Positions 14,576-27,000 of a stretch of DNA of 64,000 bases are shown piece by piece (position 1 is the stretch's first letter; each line of letters opens with the position of its first letter). The translations under genes were made by a program, and so were the position numbers. The notes under the pieces are model-generated. The model did not search any database and was not told the DNA's origin. It saw only the letters and a program-made list of their open reading frames with translations. The stretch spans positions 16,800,001-16,864,000 of the forward strand of contig CP068257.2 in assembly GCA_009914755.4 (NCBI GenBank). Reading direction: 5' to 3'. Source of the stretch: the human T2T-CHM13v2.0 reference genome, Homo sapiens.

Positions 14576-14938
14576 TGATATAGCTTGGCTGTGTCCCCAC
14601 CCAAATCTCATCTTGAATTGTGGGTCCCATAATCCCCATGTGTCATGGGTGGGACCCAGTGGGAAGTAACTGAATCATGGGGGCAGTTACCCTCATGCTA
14701 TTCTTGTGATAGTGAGTGAGTTCACACGAGATCTGATGGTTTTATAAGGGTTTTTTTCCTTCCTTCACTCCTGCCACCATGTGAAGAAGGACCTGTTTGC
14801 TTCCCCTTCCACCATGATTGTAAGTTTCATGAGGCTTCCCCAGCCATGTGGGACTATTAGTCAATTAAACCTCTTTCCTTTATAAACTACCCTGTCTTGG
14901 GTATGTTTTTATTAGTAGCATGAGAATGGACTAATACA
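14576..14938 (+). mobile_element. THE1/MST-family solo LTR lying 5 bp after the previous LTR. TSD gtatg/gtgtg.
   Basis: tgatatagcttggctgtgtccccacccaaatctcatcttgaattgtgggtcccataatccccatgtgtcatgggtgggacccagtgggaagtaactgaatcatggggg ... tagcatgagaatggactaataca. Confidence 0.85.
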
Positions 14939-17900
14939 GTGTGAAAATACATAGCTTTTCTTAGGGGCATAGGAGATAGACAAATTTTAATGTTCTGATA
15001 AAGCTCTGTTATTGTCAATGAAATGACATAATCATAGTCCTTTATGGAAAGCCATTACACAGGTTCTAGGTATTTTTTCATCAACATTAGAGTTACATGA
15101 AAAACATATCTGCAGTTAGGAAATATTTAGGCTGATGAAGTTAGGACCTGTACTTGCAAGAAATATCAGGGCTTCAGTTTCTAAATTCCTATTAATAAGC
15201 TCTCTAGATGTGGGAATTATATATTTATCAAATTTTACTTTTGAACATTAGCTCTTTGCAGAGGTTTTGAACTTTGCTCTTTGCAAGGAAAATGTCTACT
15301 TACCCTTCATTCCTGTTGTCAGGGAGGAGAAGACCCCCTTGAGTTCCTCAGCAAAGAAATCTAGTTTTAGGTTAGCTATCAACAGTGACAATCAGTGAGT
15401 TTGGGGGAAATATGTGTAATAATTAACTCCCTAAAACTATTTTAGAAGAGAAGGGATAAAAAGTAATTGTAACTAATTTTAACAATTGCGAGGATGAAAC
15501 CAAATCCAAAAGGAAATAGGAGTGAAAATGTCCCTCCTTGCATAGTATTGTATAGCAATCTAGATAACATTTGATTTGGTTTCCTCAGAATAATTAAATT
15601 CTGGCACCTTGTAGGTTACTAAGATGACTAAACCAATGCTCTTGCAAATGATTTAAAGTAAAATAAATTCCGTGAGTAAAATTATATGAATCTAATTAAC
15701 ATGGGAAGTAAATCCTTTAATTAGAAAAGTCAAATAATTATTTTTCTTCAAAGAAATGAAATTACTGCAATTACTTTTTGAACAGATAATACAGAATTAT
15801 TTAATAGATAATTTTAAGGTGCCCACAAGGCAGGAATTTAAGTAGTGAGTAAAATATTTACAGGGGATTCAGGGATTAACTTTCTCCTTTAGGAGATTCC
15901 TTAGAACTTCAGCCTTCATTTACAAATCCTAAAATAGAATGATTGTCTAATGTCAGCGTTTCACTGAACAACTACATAGGCAAATTTATTTTTATCTAAG
16001 AAGTGAAATAATTACTCGCATAGGTTCTTAAGTTACTGATTAAAATGATGTTATTTATAATTCATGTTAATTAAACACATACACACAAAGCCCACTTATT
16101 TTGCCAGTTACATTTCTCAATATTCAGGACATTTCAATTGAACTACAAGTTTTAGAGGGAATTTGAGACTAGACCTGAAGAGGGCTACCTAGTTTCCTAA
16201 ATTCCAGTAAGATACTTAAACCACTAAATTAAGATAATCTAAAAATAGCACAAGGAAACAGTACAAATGTTAAGCAAGACTCTTACTATGAAGCTAGTTA
16301 GAATTGTTAATTAGAGCTGTATATTATTCATTAATGTAAATCACATATAAATAATTTAATACATACGTAGTGCTACTACTGATTATAAAAGTAATCAAAG
16401 CATACACTTGGAATAAATGTATTATCCTTGATACATATGTTCAAACTCAATAAAGATTTTCAGAAATTTATATCTTCCTTTTACAAAGTTATGAGTAATT
16501 ATTTCAAATGACAGGTAACTTTCTTTTTAGGTAAGATACACTGTTCTAGAAAATAAGATGTAGAAAGAGCCTGAATGCAGCAGTCAATACCCAAATTTAA
16601 ATTTTCAATAGTGAATTCCAAAACATTTAGGCAATAGAATGTTAGGTTTAAAAAAGTGGACTCTGTTATTAGACAGAGAGACATTTGAATTTGTTCTTTG
16701 CCCCTTACTATGTGACCTTCAGTAAAGTACTTGACCTATCTAAGCCTCAATTTCCTATTGTGAAATGCATAGTAATTGTAACAATTTGGTAGATTGTTGA
16801 AATAATTGAAATAATTATATGTAACTTGCTCAGCATAGTGCTTACCGAGTATCTTAACATATGTGGTCTGTTATTATCATAGTAATTTTTCATACAGAGT
16901 TAGACACGAAAAATGAAAGACAGCATGTGAATGGTGTCAGTCTTAAAATATTTGAGGCTTTCATATTTAATTAGGCCAGAAAAAATATTGGAGACACGTA
17001 CGTTTCTCACCTACCCCAACTTCCTTGGGAGAAATGAAGTTGTGCTAAACCTCTTTATAAAGGAAAAGCAACTTATTACGTTGGAATGGGTGCTGATGGG
17101 GACTTGTCATTAAAAACCCTAGATAGTATGCTATGTACAGGAGATCACTTAAGTTTCAATGTGTGATTATCTTTCCAGGAAGTTTAGGAATGCAAAGCGA
17201 TGTATAATGTTTGATTTGTGAAAGTAACAATCTTATAGTAGTTATTAATAATGCAATAGAGTTTAAAATCCTGTAGCAAAAAATTTTGTTTCTGCAAGAA
17301 GATAAAGCAGTTGGGCTAATAAGAAATGGGCTCCCACTTCTAATAGGAAGTCCTTGATTTCAGCAAGAAGGCAACAACCTAAGCCTTCTACTTCTAGGGG
17401 ATATTTGTTGGTAAGAAGGAGGTGACGATTTCTAAAAACCACTAAAAATGGCCGAATCCTTATCAATAGATGGACACATAATTGACATAATCTACTTTTG
17501 TTGTTTAAATTCTGTGGCCTGAGCACTTAGATAACTTTTGAATAACCAACTGATTTTGGGAGCCCAGAAACTTTTGAGTATAATTCTAGAAAAATGAACA
17601 TCATCTCCATCCGTTGTTATACCCTTTAGTAAGAAAGATCCTTATTCAGACTGAGCGTATACTGCATTGAGACGAAGCCCAGGAGGTTAGTGTAAGTGTG
17701 CTTGGTGCTACCATTTCCTTCTTTGTCCACTAATCAGAAATAAAATGACATAATTTTTGATAGCCTTATATTAAGGTATAAGGAGGATTGAGGTTAAGGC
17801 GTTCTTCACATTTATTTTGTCATTTAGCTAACTCAGACGCCATCTGGAAGGAGCTGTTGGAACCTTGTGCATGAATGAAAAAAATAATTGGGGAATTAGG

Positions 17901-18920
17901 GAGCTCAAGCATTCTTTGGTAAGTCACAAAGTGGTATATTTGGGAAGGCATGACAAAGCTTACTTTTGGCATCTATCTTCAGGGTGGGAAATTTTCGTTC
18001 TTTTAGACTATATTCAGTCAGTTTAGTCAATTTACTCATATTGAATGCACACTATGCCAGAACTGTGTTAGGTCTTTGAGGTTTCAAGAATCTCAAGTGG
18101 TTCTCAAATAGATGAAATTCAGCAATGGTTGCTGGATATCTTTTAATCAAAGGCAGAAGTAGAACTCCAGAGGAGTTACGGTTGTTTTCACAAAGTGGTC
18201 GGACAAAGTGTTTCCATTCATGAAATTTCTGACACGGGGTAGCTGCTAGACTTGTGAGAGATGAGCCTGTCACTAACAATAGAAAATATTAGAATTAACA
18301 TTTTACTGCAAAAACTATGTATTTCACAGCCACAGAATGGATTAAGCGTTAGTTCTAACAATGTCTCCATAACACCCATAGAAGAGAATCTCAACCCTAA
18401 CAGACCCATGGTACTTTTCCCAAAATAAAATTCCTGGTTGGAGAACACATGCAGACTGCTATACAGCTGCCAAAAATACCATGAGCAACTATTTCTTTTG
18501 ATCATGTGAGTTTTCTAAAGTGAAAAATATATCTTATGATGATTATATCATTTTAATTTTCATGAAATAAAATTTATCTTTTTTATTTTGTTGTTATTTA
18601 TTATTTGTCTTGTTTCTTTGATAGTAAAGATACTCTCGTTAGCTTTCTTCTAGGACCTTCATAGTCTAGCATTTACGTTTAAGTCAATGATGTGTCTTTG
18701 ATTGTGCTTTTGTATATGTATATGGTGTGCATAGGTATATAAAGTGTACAAGGTCAAGTTTAGTTTTATTCCATGTGGATATTCATTTACTCCAGCATTA
18801 TGGTTGCAATAAATTTTCCCCCAGTTAATTTGATGCATTTATAAAAATCAACTTATCTTATAAGGGTGCATCCATTTCTGAACTCTTTAATCTGTTCCAG
18901 TTATCAACAGGTCTACTCTT

Positions 18921-19222
18921 TTTTTTTTTTCTTTTTCTTTTGAGACAGAGTCTTGCTCTGTCGCCCAGTCTGGAGTGCAGTGGCACTATCTTGGCTCATT
19001 GCAACCTCTGCCTCCCAAGTTCAAGCGATTCTCATGACTCAGCCTCTCGAGTAGCTGGGACTGCAGAGGCGCACCATCATGCCTGGCTAATTTTTGTATT
19101 TTTAGTAGAGAGAGGGTTTCACCATGTTGGCCAGGCTAGTCTCGAACTCCTGGCCTCAAGTGATCCACCTGCCTCATCCTCCCAAAGTGCTGGGATTACA
19201 GGCAAATGTGTCTACTCTTAAG
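18921..19222 (-). mobile_element. Alu SINE (minus), 5'-truncated by about 20 bp. TSD gtctactctt (18911-18920 and 19229-19238).
   Basis: Poly-T, then gagacagagtcttgctctgtcgcccagtctggagtgcagtggc ... cccaaagtgctgggattacaggc. Confidence 0.92.
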
Positions 19223-20133
19223 TCAATATCTCATGTCCTGGTTACTGTTTCTTTAAAGCAAATGCATATGTCTAATAATTAAAATGCTGCAAATGTGTTG
19301 ATTTATTTTCATAATTTTTGGTCTTATTCTAGAATGTTTACCTTTCATATAAATTTTACAATTGACTTGTCAAAGTATGCTGGTATTTTCATGGGAATTG
19401 TTTTAAATATATCAATAAATCTAAGAAGAACTATTGATTCTTCAGACTTGTTACTTCTCTGCGAACATGATACATCTCTCCATTTATTTTGATTATCTAA
19501 AATTGGCTCAGAGAAGTTTTGTAATTTTCAGTGTAAAGGTCTCACACATAATTAATTAAATTTATTTCTAGGAATGTTGTTTGATGCTATAATACATGAA
19601 TTTTTAAAAACCAGTAGTTTATTAATAGCTTATAATAATACTATCGATTTTTATATTTTGATATTTTATTCTGTGATGTTTAAATATTACTCATTATGTA
19701 GGTAGTTTCTTGGTAATTTCTTTTTTATATGTAGATTATCATGTTCTCTGAGAGAGATATAATTTTGCCACTTTCCTGTATTTATGGCTTATATACATTT
19801 TTCTGCCTCATTGCATTGGATTGAACCTCTAGAGCAATATGGAAAATGAGTTGTCAGAGAAAATATTCTCAGTGTTAATGAGAATGAGTTCAATATTTCA
19901 CCATTAAATGTAGTCTTAGCAGTAGGTTTTTTTTTGGATACCATTTTCTTCTATTCTATCTGTTGCTCATAAGTTTTATTCTGAATTATTAAATTTAGTC
20001 ATTTTTTCTTTCTCGAGTGGAACACAAGACTTTTCTTTCTCTTTCTATGTAGTACATTCAGCAGTTCATTGAATAAACTCCTATGATAGTACCCTTAATA
20101 TTTTACCTAAGTTATTCAATTATTTATCTGTAC

Positions 20134-20536
20134 TGTGCAGTAATCAGAGTTCTGCAAATAAACAGAAACAATAGAGTGTTTGTGTCTGTAGAAAGAGATT
20201 TGTTTTAAAGAATTGGCTCACCCGATTGTGGAGGCTAGCAAATGCAAACTCTGCAGGGTGGGCTGGCAGGTGGGAGACCCAGAGGAGAGTTCATGCTGCA
20301 GTTCAAAGGCAAAGACTACCTGCTGTAGAATTCCTCTCACTCATGTGAGATCTATCTATTGTTCTATTCAGTCACCTTCAACTGATTGGATGAGACTCAT
20401 CCACATAATGAAGGACCCAATGCTTTACTCAAAGTTCACTGAGTAAATGTTAATCTCATCTAAAAACACAGAAACATCCATGATAATCTTTGACCACACA
20501 TCTGGGCACTGTTGACACCTAAAATTAACCATCACA
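20134..20536 (-). mobile_element. Third copy of the unnamed LTR family, about 400 bp and internally deleted. Flanks tgtac/tgtta.
   Basis: tgtgcagtaatcagagttctgcaaataaacagaaacaatag ... attggctcacccgattgtggaggctagcaaatgcaaactctgcag ... ttcaactgattggatgagactcatccaca ... aaaattaaccatcaca. Confidence 0.5.
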
Positions 20537-22199
20537 TGTTATTGCTATTTCCTTCAATGGCTGTGCATTCACCATGTTTTACACTTTAATTATATACTAT
20601 TTTTATTTGATAGTTCACCTTGAAATCAGCCTGATTTCCCCATAGAACTGATGTTTATGGTTTTCCTTGAATGAACATAGAAATTTACCTTCCTTGTCTT
20701 AGAGCTTGAAAAAATTACATTTGTCTTATCTTAGTTCCTTTCTCAGCAAATCGACCATCAGGTTTCCTGACAGTATCAAGGAACTGAAACTTACCAGATC
20801 AGTGCATCTGGCCAATGAGACGTAAGATCTCCATCCATCACGATTGCCTAACAGACCACCTGCTACCCATTGACCAACTCCTCTTTCGTACACTTCCTTA
20901 ATTTCTGTTTTTCTACATGTAGTTACATTTCTTCCCTGCTCTATAAACCCTTAATTTTAGTCACTTGAAGAAATGGATTTGAGATTAATCTTCCATTCTC
21001 CTTGACTGTAGCACTCACATAAAGCCTTCTTTCCTGGAAATACTCATTGTCTCAGTGATTGGCTTTCTGTGTGGTGAGCAAAATCCCTAGTGTTTCAGTA
21101 ACAATTTAATAAAGCAGGATTTAAAAAAAAAATAAATGCACTGTATGAATCTTGTAGCATGAATAGCAAGGAATTAAGAAAAACTAAACTCCCCACGCAT
21201 ATCCTTTTTCAGGAAGGGAAAATCAATATCTTACAGTACAGTTTTCATTCTAAGAAATACTACACATTTTATGTTATAAGCAAAATTTTATGGAATAGTT
21301 TATGAAATAAAATTGAACCTCACAGTTTTAAATTTCTTTGTACAATAATGTTTCCTTTAGACACTTCCCCATCCTCCTTTTAATTATATAGTAAAACTAT
21401 ATAATTTTTGTCATAACTTAAAGTCGATTTATTTTCAGTGCCTTTTAAAAGTTATCAACGATCTTTGGATACTATAGTTGCCCTGAGTTCAACTTCATGT
21501 TTTATAAAATAGGCACAATCTTCCTTTATGGGAGGAGGAGTTTCTTTCTATGTCTTTGGTTATCAGAATTAGAAAAACTGCCTTGATCAGCATATATTAA
21601 ATTTTTTAAAGTTAAGTTTTTCATCACTTGTGAGACTAATTTTATTGTATTCTTCACGTGATGATGATTATGATGTGACTTCAATTTACCCTTCCTAATG
21701 TGATTGTAAATTTTCATGTAATGAAAGAAGAGGCACAACCAAGATTACTGCACAGCATTGGTAACATGTAGAAAATATATTTCATATTTTGAGAAGAGAC
21801 AAACTCTTAGCTCTCAAGGTCACAGAATGCTGACAGTTAATTGGTCTTTTGAGAAATAAAATCTTGAAAGAAGACTAAAAATTGCATTCAAGTATTACTC
21901 AAGATTGTGTATAATAGCAATATGAAAACACAATGTGGTAAATTATAATTAATTATAATTGTTTGTTTCTACAAATCGTTGCTACATACAAGAAAGTGTG
22001 ATGTAGACTAGTAATTTATGCTTGGAATTGCTGTTTTTTTAACTACCTGTCCAATAAAGGTTTACTTCAGGAGGGTATATTACACCTAGAAGAAAATTTA
22101 TTTAATTAGATAAATCACTATTAGACATAATCAAGCAAATATTGAGTTTGTAAATGGCCATATATAAGGAAAGAACACCATTATATTTGAATAACATTG

Positions 22200-22221
22200 T
22201 TAAAATAAAATAAAATAAAAC
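22200..22221. repeat. (AAAAT)n microsatellite
   Basis: taaaataaaataaaataaaac. Confidence 0.8.
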
Positions 22222-22893
22222 TTTTGAAACATTTAAGCAGACTTTATTAAAAATATTTTTAAGATATTGAGAATTTGAACATGGCCTATGAAAAATAAAA
22301 AGCAGAAGTGCAAGCAAGAAAAACAGTTGTACAAGTGGCTTTCAAAAAAAAATTGCTTGCCTAAAGAGTTTGGTTTGTAGAGCATCAAGAAAATCACGCA
22401 TTTAAGATTCACCAAGGTTGAAATGAAGGAAAAAAAAATTTTAAGGGCAGCCAGAGAGAAAGGTCAGGTTACCCACAAAGGGAAGCCCATCAGACTAACA
22501 ATGGATCTCTCAGCAGAAACTCTATAAGCCAGAGAGAGTGAGGGCCAATATTCAACATTCTGAAAGAAAAGAATTTTCAATCCAGAATTTCATATCCACC
22601 CAAACTGAGCTTCATAAGAGAAGGAGAAATAAAATCCTTTACAGACAAGCAAATGCTGAGAGACTTTGTCAAATCTCTCACATAATTTTTTAACATATTT
22701 AGCATAATTAATTTAACAATATTAAACTTACATGTAAATGGGCTAATTGCCTCAATTAAAAGACACAGACGGGCAATTTGGACAAAGAGTCAAGACCCAT
22801 CGGGGTGCTGTATTCAGGAGACCCATTTCACGTGCAAAAACACGCATAGGCTCAAAATAAAGGGATGGAGGAATATTTACCAAGCAAATGGAA

Positions 22894-22896
<3 letters not shown>

Positions 22897-22926
<30 letters not shown>
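22897..22926. repeat. 30-nt poly(A) homopolymer expansion inside L1 ORF2. The consensus has about 7 A here.
   Basis: caaatggaaagc + A30 + gccgggggtggggagggttgcaatcctagtctctgataaaacag, compared with L1 caaatggaaaacaaaaaaaggcaggggttgcaatcctagtc. Confidence 0.8.
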
Positions 22927-22927
<1 letters not shown>

Positions 22928-23541
22928 CCGGGGGTGGGGAGGGTTGCAATCCTAGTCTCTGATAAAACAGATTTTAAACTAACAAATATCAAAAAAGACA
23001 AAGAAGGGCATTACCTCATGGTAAAGGGATCAATGCATCAAGTAGAGCTAACTATCCTAACTATATATACACCCAATATAGGAGCACCCAGATTCATAAA
23101 GCAAGTTCTCAGAGACCTACAAGAGACCTAGACTCCCACACAATAATAGTGGGAGACTTTAACACCCCACTGTCGCTATTAGAGAGATCGAGACAGAAAA
23201 TTAACAAGGATATTCAGGACTTGAACTCAGCTCAGGACCTAGCAGACCTAATAGACATCTACAGAACTCTCCACCCCAAATCAACAAAATATACATTCCT
23301 CTCAGCACCACATCACACTTATTCTAAAATCAACCACATAATTGGAAGTAAAACACTCCTCAGCAAATGCAAAAGAATGGAAGTCATGACAAATTGTCTC
23401 TCATACTACAGTGCAATCAAATTAGAACTCAGGATTAAGAAACTCATTCAAAACCACACAACTACATGAAAACTGAACAACCTGCTCCTGAATGACTACT
23501 GCATAAATAACGAAAATAAGGCAGAAATAAAGAAGTTCTTT

Positions 23542-24097
<556 letters not shown>

Positions 24098-27000
24098 TCA
24101 AAAAAATCAATGAATCCAGGAGCTGGTTTTTTGAAAAGTTTAACAAAATAGATAGACTGCTAGTCAGATTAATAAAGAAGAGAGAGAAGAATCAAATAAA
24201 CACAATAAAATATGATAAAGGGGATATCACCACCAACCCCATAGAAATACAAACTACCATCAGAGAATAGTATAAACATCTCTATGCAAATAAACTAGAA
24301 AATCTGGAAAAAATGGATAAATTCCTGGACACATACACCCCTGCAAGACTAAACCAGGAAGAAGTCAAATCCCTGAATAGACCAATAACAATTTCTGAAA
24401 TTGAGGCAGTAATTAATAGCCTACCAACCAAAAAAAGCCCAGGACCAGATGGATTCACAGCCAATTTCTACCAGAGGTACAAAGAGGAGCTGGTACCATT
24501 CCTTCTGAAACTCTTACAAACAATAGAAAAAGAGGCACTCCTCCCTAACTCATTTCTTGAGGCCAGCATCATCCTTTTACCAAAACCTGGCAGAGACACA
24601 AGAAAAGAAGAAAATTTTAGGCCAATATCCCTGATGAACATCGATGTGAAAATCCTCAATAAAATACAGGCAAAACGAATACAGCAGCACATCAAAAAGC
24701 TTATCCACCATGATCAATTCGGCTTCATCCCTGGGATGCAAGGCTGGTTCAACATACACAAATCAATAAATGTAATCCATCACATAAACAGAACCAATGA
24801 CAAAAACCACATGATTATCTCAATAGATGCAGAAAAGGCCTTGAATAAAATTCAACACCCCTTCATGCAAAAAACTCTCAATAAACTAGATACTGATGGA
24901 ACGTATCTCAAAATAATAAGAGCTATTTATGACAAACCCACAGCCAATATCATACAGAGTGGGAAAAAGCTGGAAGTATTCCCTTTGAAAACCGGCACAA
25001 GACAGGGATGCCCTCTCTCACCACTCCTATTCAACACAGTGTTAGAAGTTCTTGCCAGGGAAATCAGGCAAGAGAAAGGAATAAAGGGTATTCAAATAGG
25101 AAGAGAGGAAGTCAAATTGTCTCTGTTTGCAGATGAAATCATTGTGTATTTAGAAAACCCCATTGTCTCGGCCTAAAATCTCCTTAAGCTGATAAGCAAC
25201 TTCAGCAAAGTCTCAGGATACAAAATCTATGTGCAAAAATCACAGGCATTCCTATAAACAAATAACAGACAAACAGAGAGCCAAATCATGAGTGAACTCC
25301 CATTCACAATTGTTACAAAGAAAATAAAGTACCTAGGAATACAACTTAAAAGGGATGTGAAGAACGTCTTCAAGGAGAACTACAAACCACTGCTTAAGGA
25401 AATAAGAGAGGACACAAACAAATGGAAAAGCCTTCTATGCTCATGGATAGGAAGAATCAATATGGTGAAAATGGCCATACTGCCCAAAGTAATTTATACA
25501 TGCAATGCTATTCCCATCAAGACACCCTTCACTTTCTTCACAGAATTAGAAAAAACTATTTTAAATTTCATATGGAACCAAAAAAGAGCACATATAGCCA
25601 AGACAATCCTAAGCGAAAAGAACAAAGCTGGAGGCATCACACTAACTGACTTCAAACTATACTACAAGGCTACAGTAACCAAAATAGCATGGTACTGGTA
25701 CCAAAACAGATATATAGACCAATGGAACAGGAAATAAGCCTCAGAAATAACGTCACATATCTACAACCATCTGATCTTTGAAAAATCTGACAAAAACAAG
25801 CAACGAGGAAAGGATTCCCTATTTAATAAATGGTGTTGGGAAAACTGGCTAGCCATATGCAGAAAAGTGAAACTGGATCCCTTCCTTACACCTTATACAA
25901 AAATTAACTCAAGATGGATTAAAGACTTAAATGTAAGACCTAAAGCCAAAAAACCCCTAGAAGAAAACCTAGGCATTACCATTCAGGACATAGGCATGGG
26001 CAAACACTTCATGACTAAAACACCAAAAGCAATGGAAACAAAAGCCAAAATGGACAAATGGGATCTAATTAAACTAAACAGCTTCTGCACAGCAAAAAAA
26101 AAACTACCGTCAGACTAAACAGGCAACCTACAGAATGGGAGAAAATTTTTGCAATCTATCCATCTAACAAAGGGCTAATATCTAGAATCTACAAGGAACT
26201 TTAACAAATATACAAGAAAAAAACAACCCCATCAAAAAGTGGGCAAAGGATATGAACAGACACTTCTCAAAAGAAGACATTTATGTGGCTCACAAACATA
26301 TGAAAAAAAGCTCAACAACACTGGTCACTAGAGAAATGCAAATCAAAACCACAATGAGATATCATCTCACACCAGTTAGAATGGTGATCATTAAAGTCAG
26401 GAAACAACAGATGCTGGAGAGGATGTGGAGAAACAGGAATGCTTGTACACAGTTGGTGAGAGTGTAAATTAGTTCAACCATTGTGGAAGACAGTCTGGAG
26501 ATTCCTCTAGGATCTAGAACCAGAAATACCATTTGACCCAGCAATCACATTACTGGGTATATACCCAAAGGATTATAAATCATTCTACTATAAAGACACA
26601 TGCACATGTATGTTTATTGCAGCACTGTTCACAATAGCAAAGACTTGGAACCAACCCAAATGCCCATCAATGATAGACTGGATAAAGAAAATGTGGCACA
26701 TATACACCATGGAATACTATGCAGCCATAAAAAAGGATGCGTTCATGTCCTTTGCAGGGACATGGATGAAGCTGGAAACCATCATTCTCAGCAAACTAAC
26801 ACAGGAACAGAAAACCAAACACTGCATGTTCTCACTCATAAGTGGGAGCTGAACAATAAGAACACTTGGACATGGAGGGGAACATCACACGCCAGGGCCT
26901 GTCGATGGGTAGGAGGCTGGGGGAGGGATAGCATTAGGAGAAATACCTAATGTAGATGATGGGTTGATGGTGCAGCAAACCACCATGGCATGTGTATACC

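Noticed and set aside
24313-25176. 287-aa, 149-aa (25288..25737), 209-aa (61932..62561) and 189-aa (39257..39826) ORFs considered as host protein-coding genes.
   Set aside because: All translate to canonical L1 ORF2 reverse-transcriptase and C-terminal motifs ([50 protein letters not shown]) inside frameshifted L1 copies. They are retrotransposon pseudo-ORFs.
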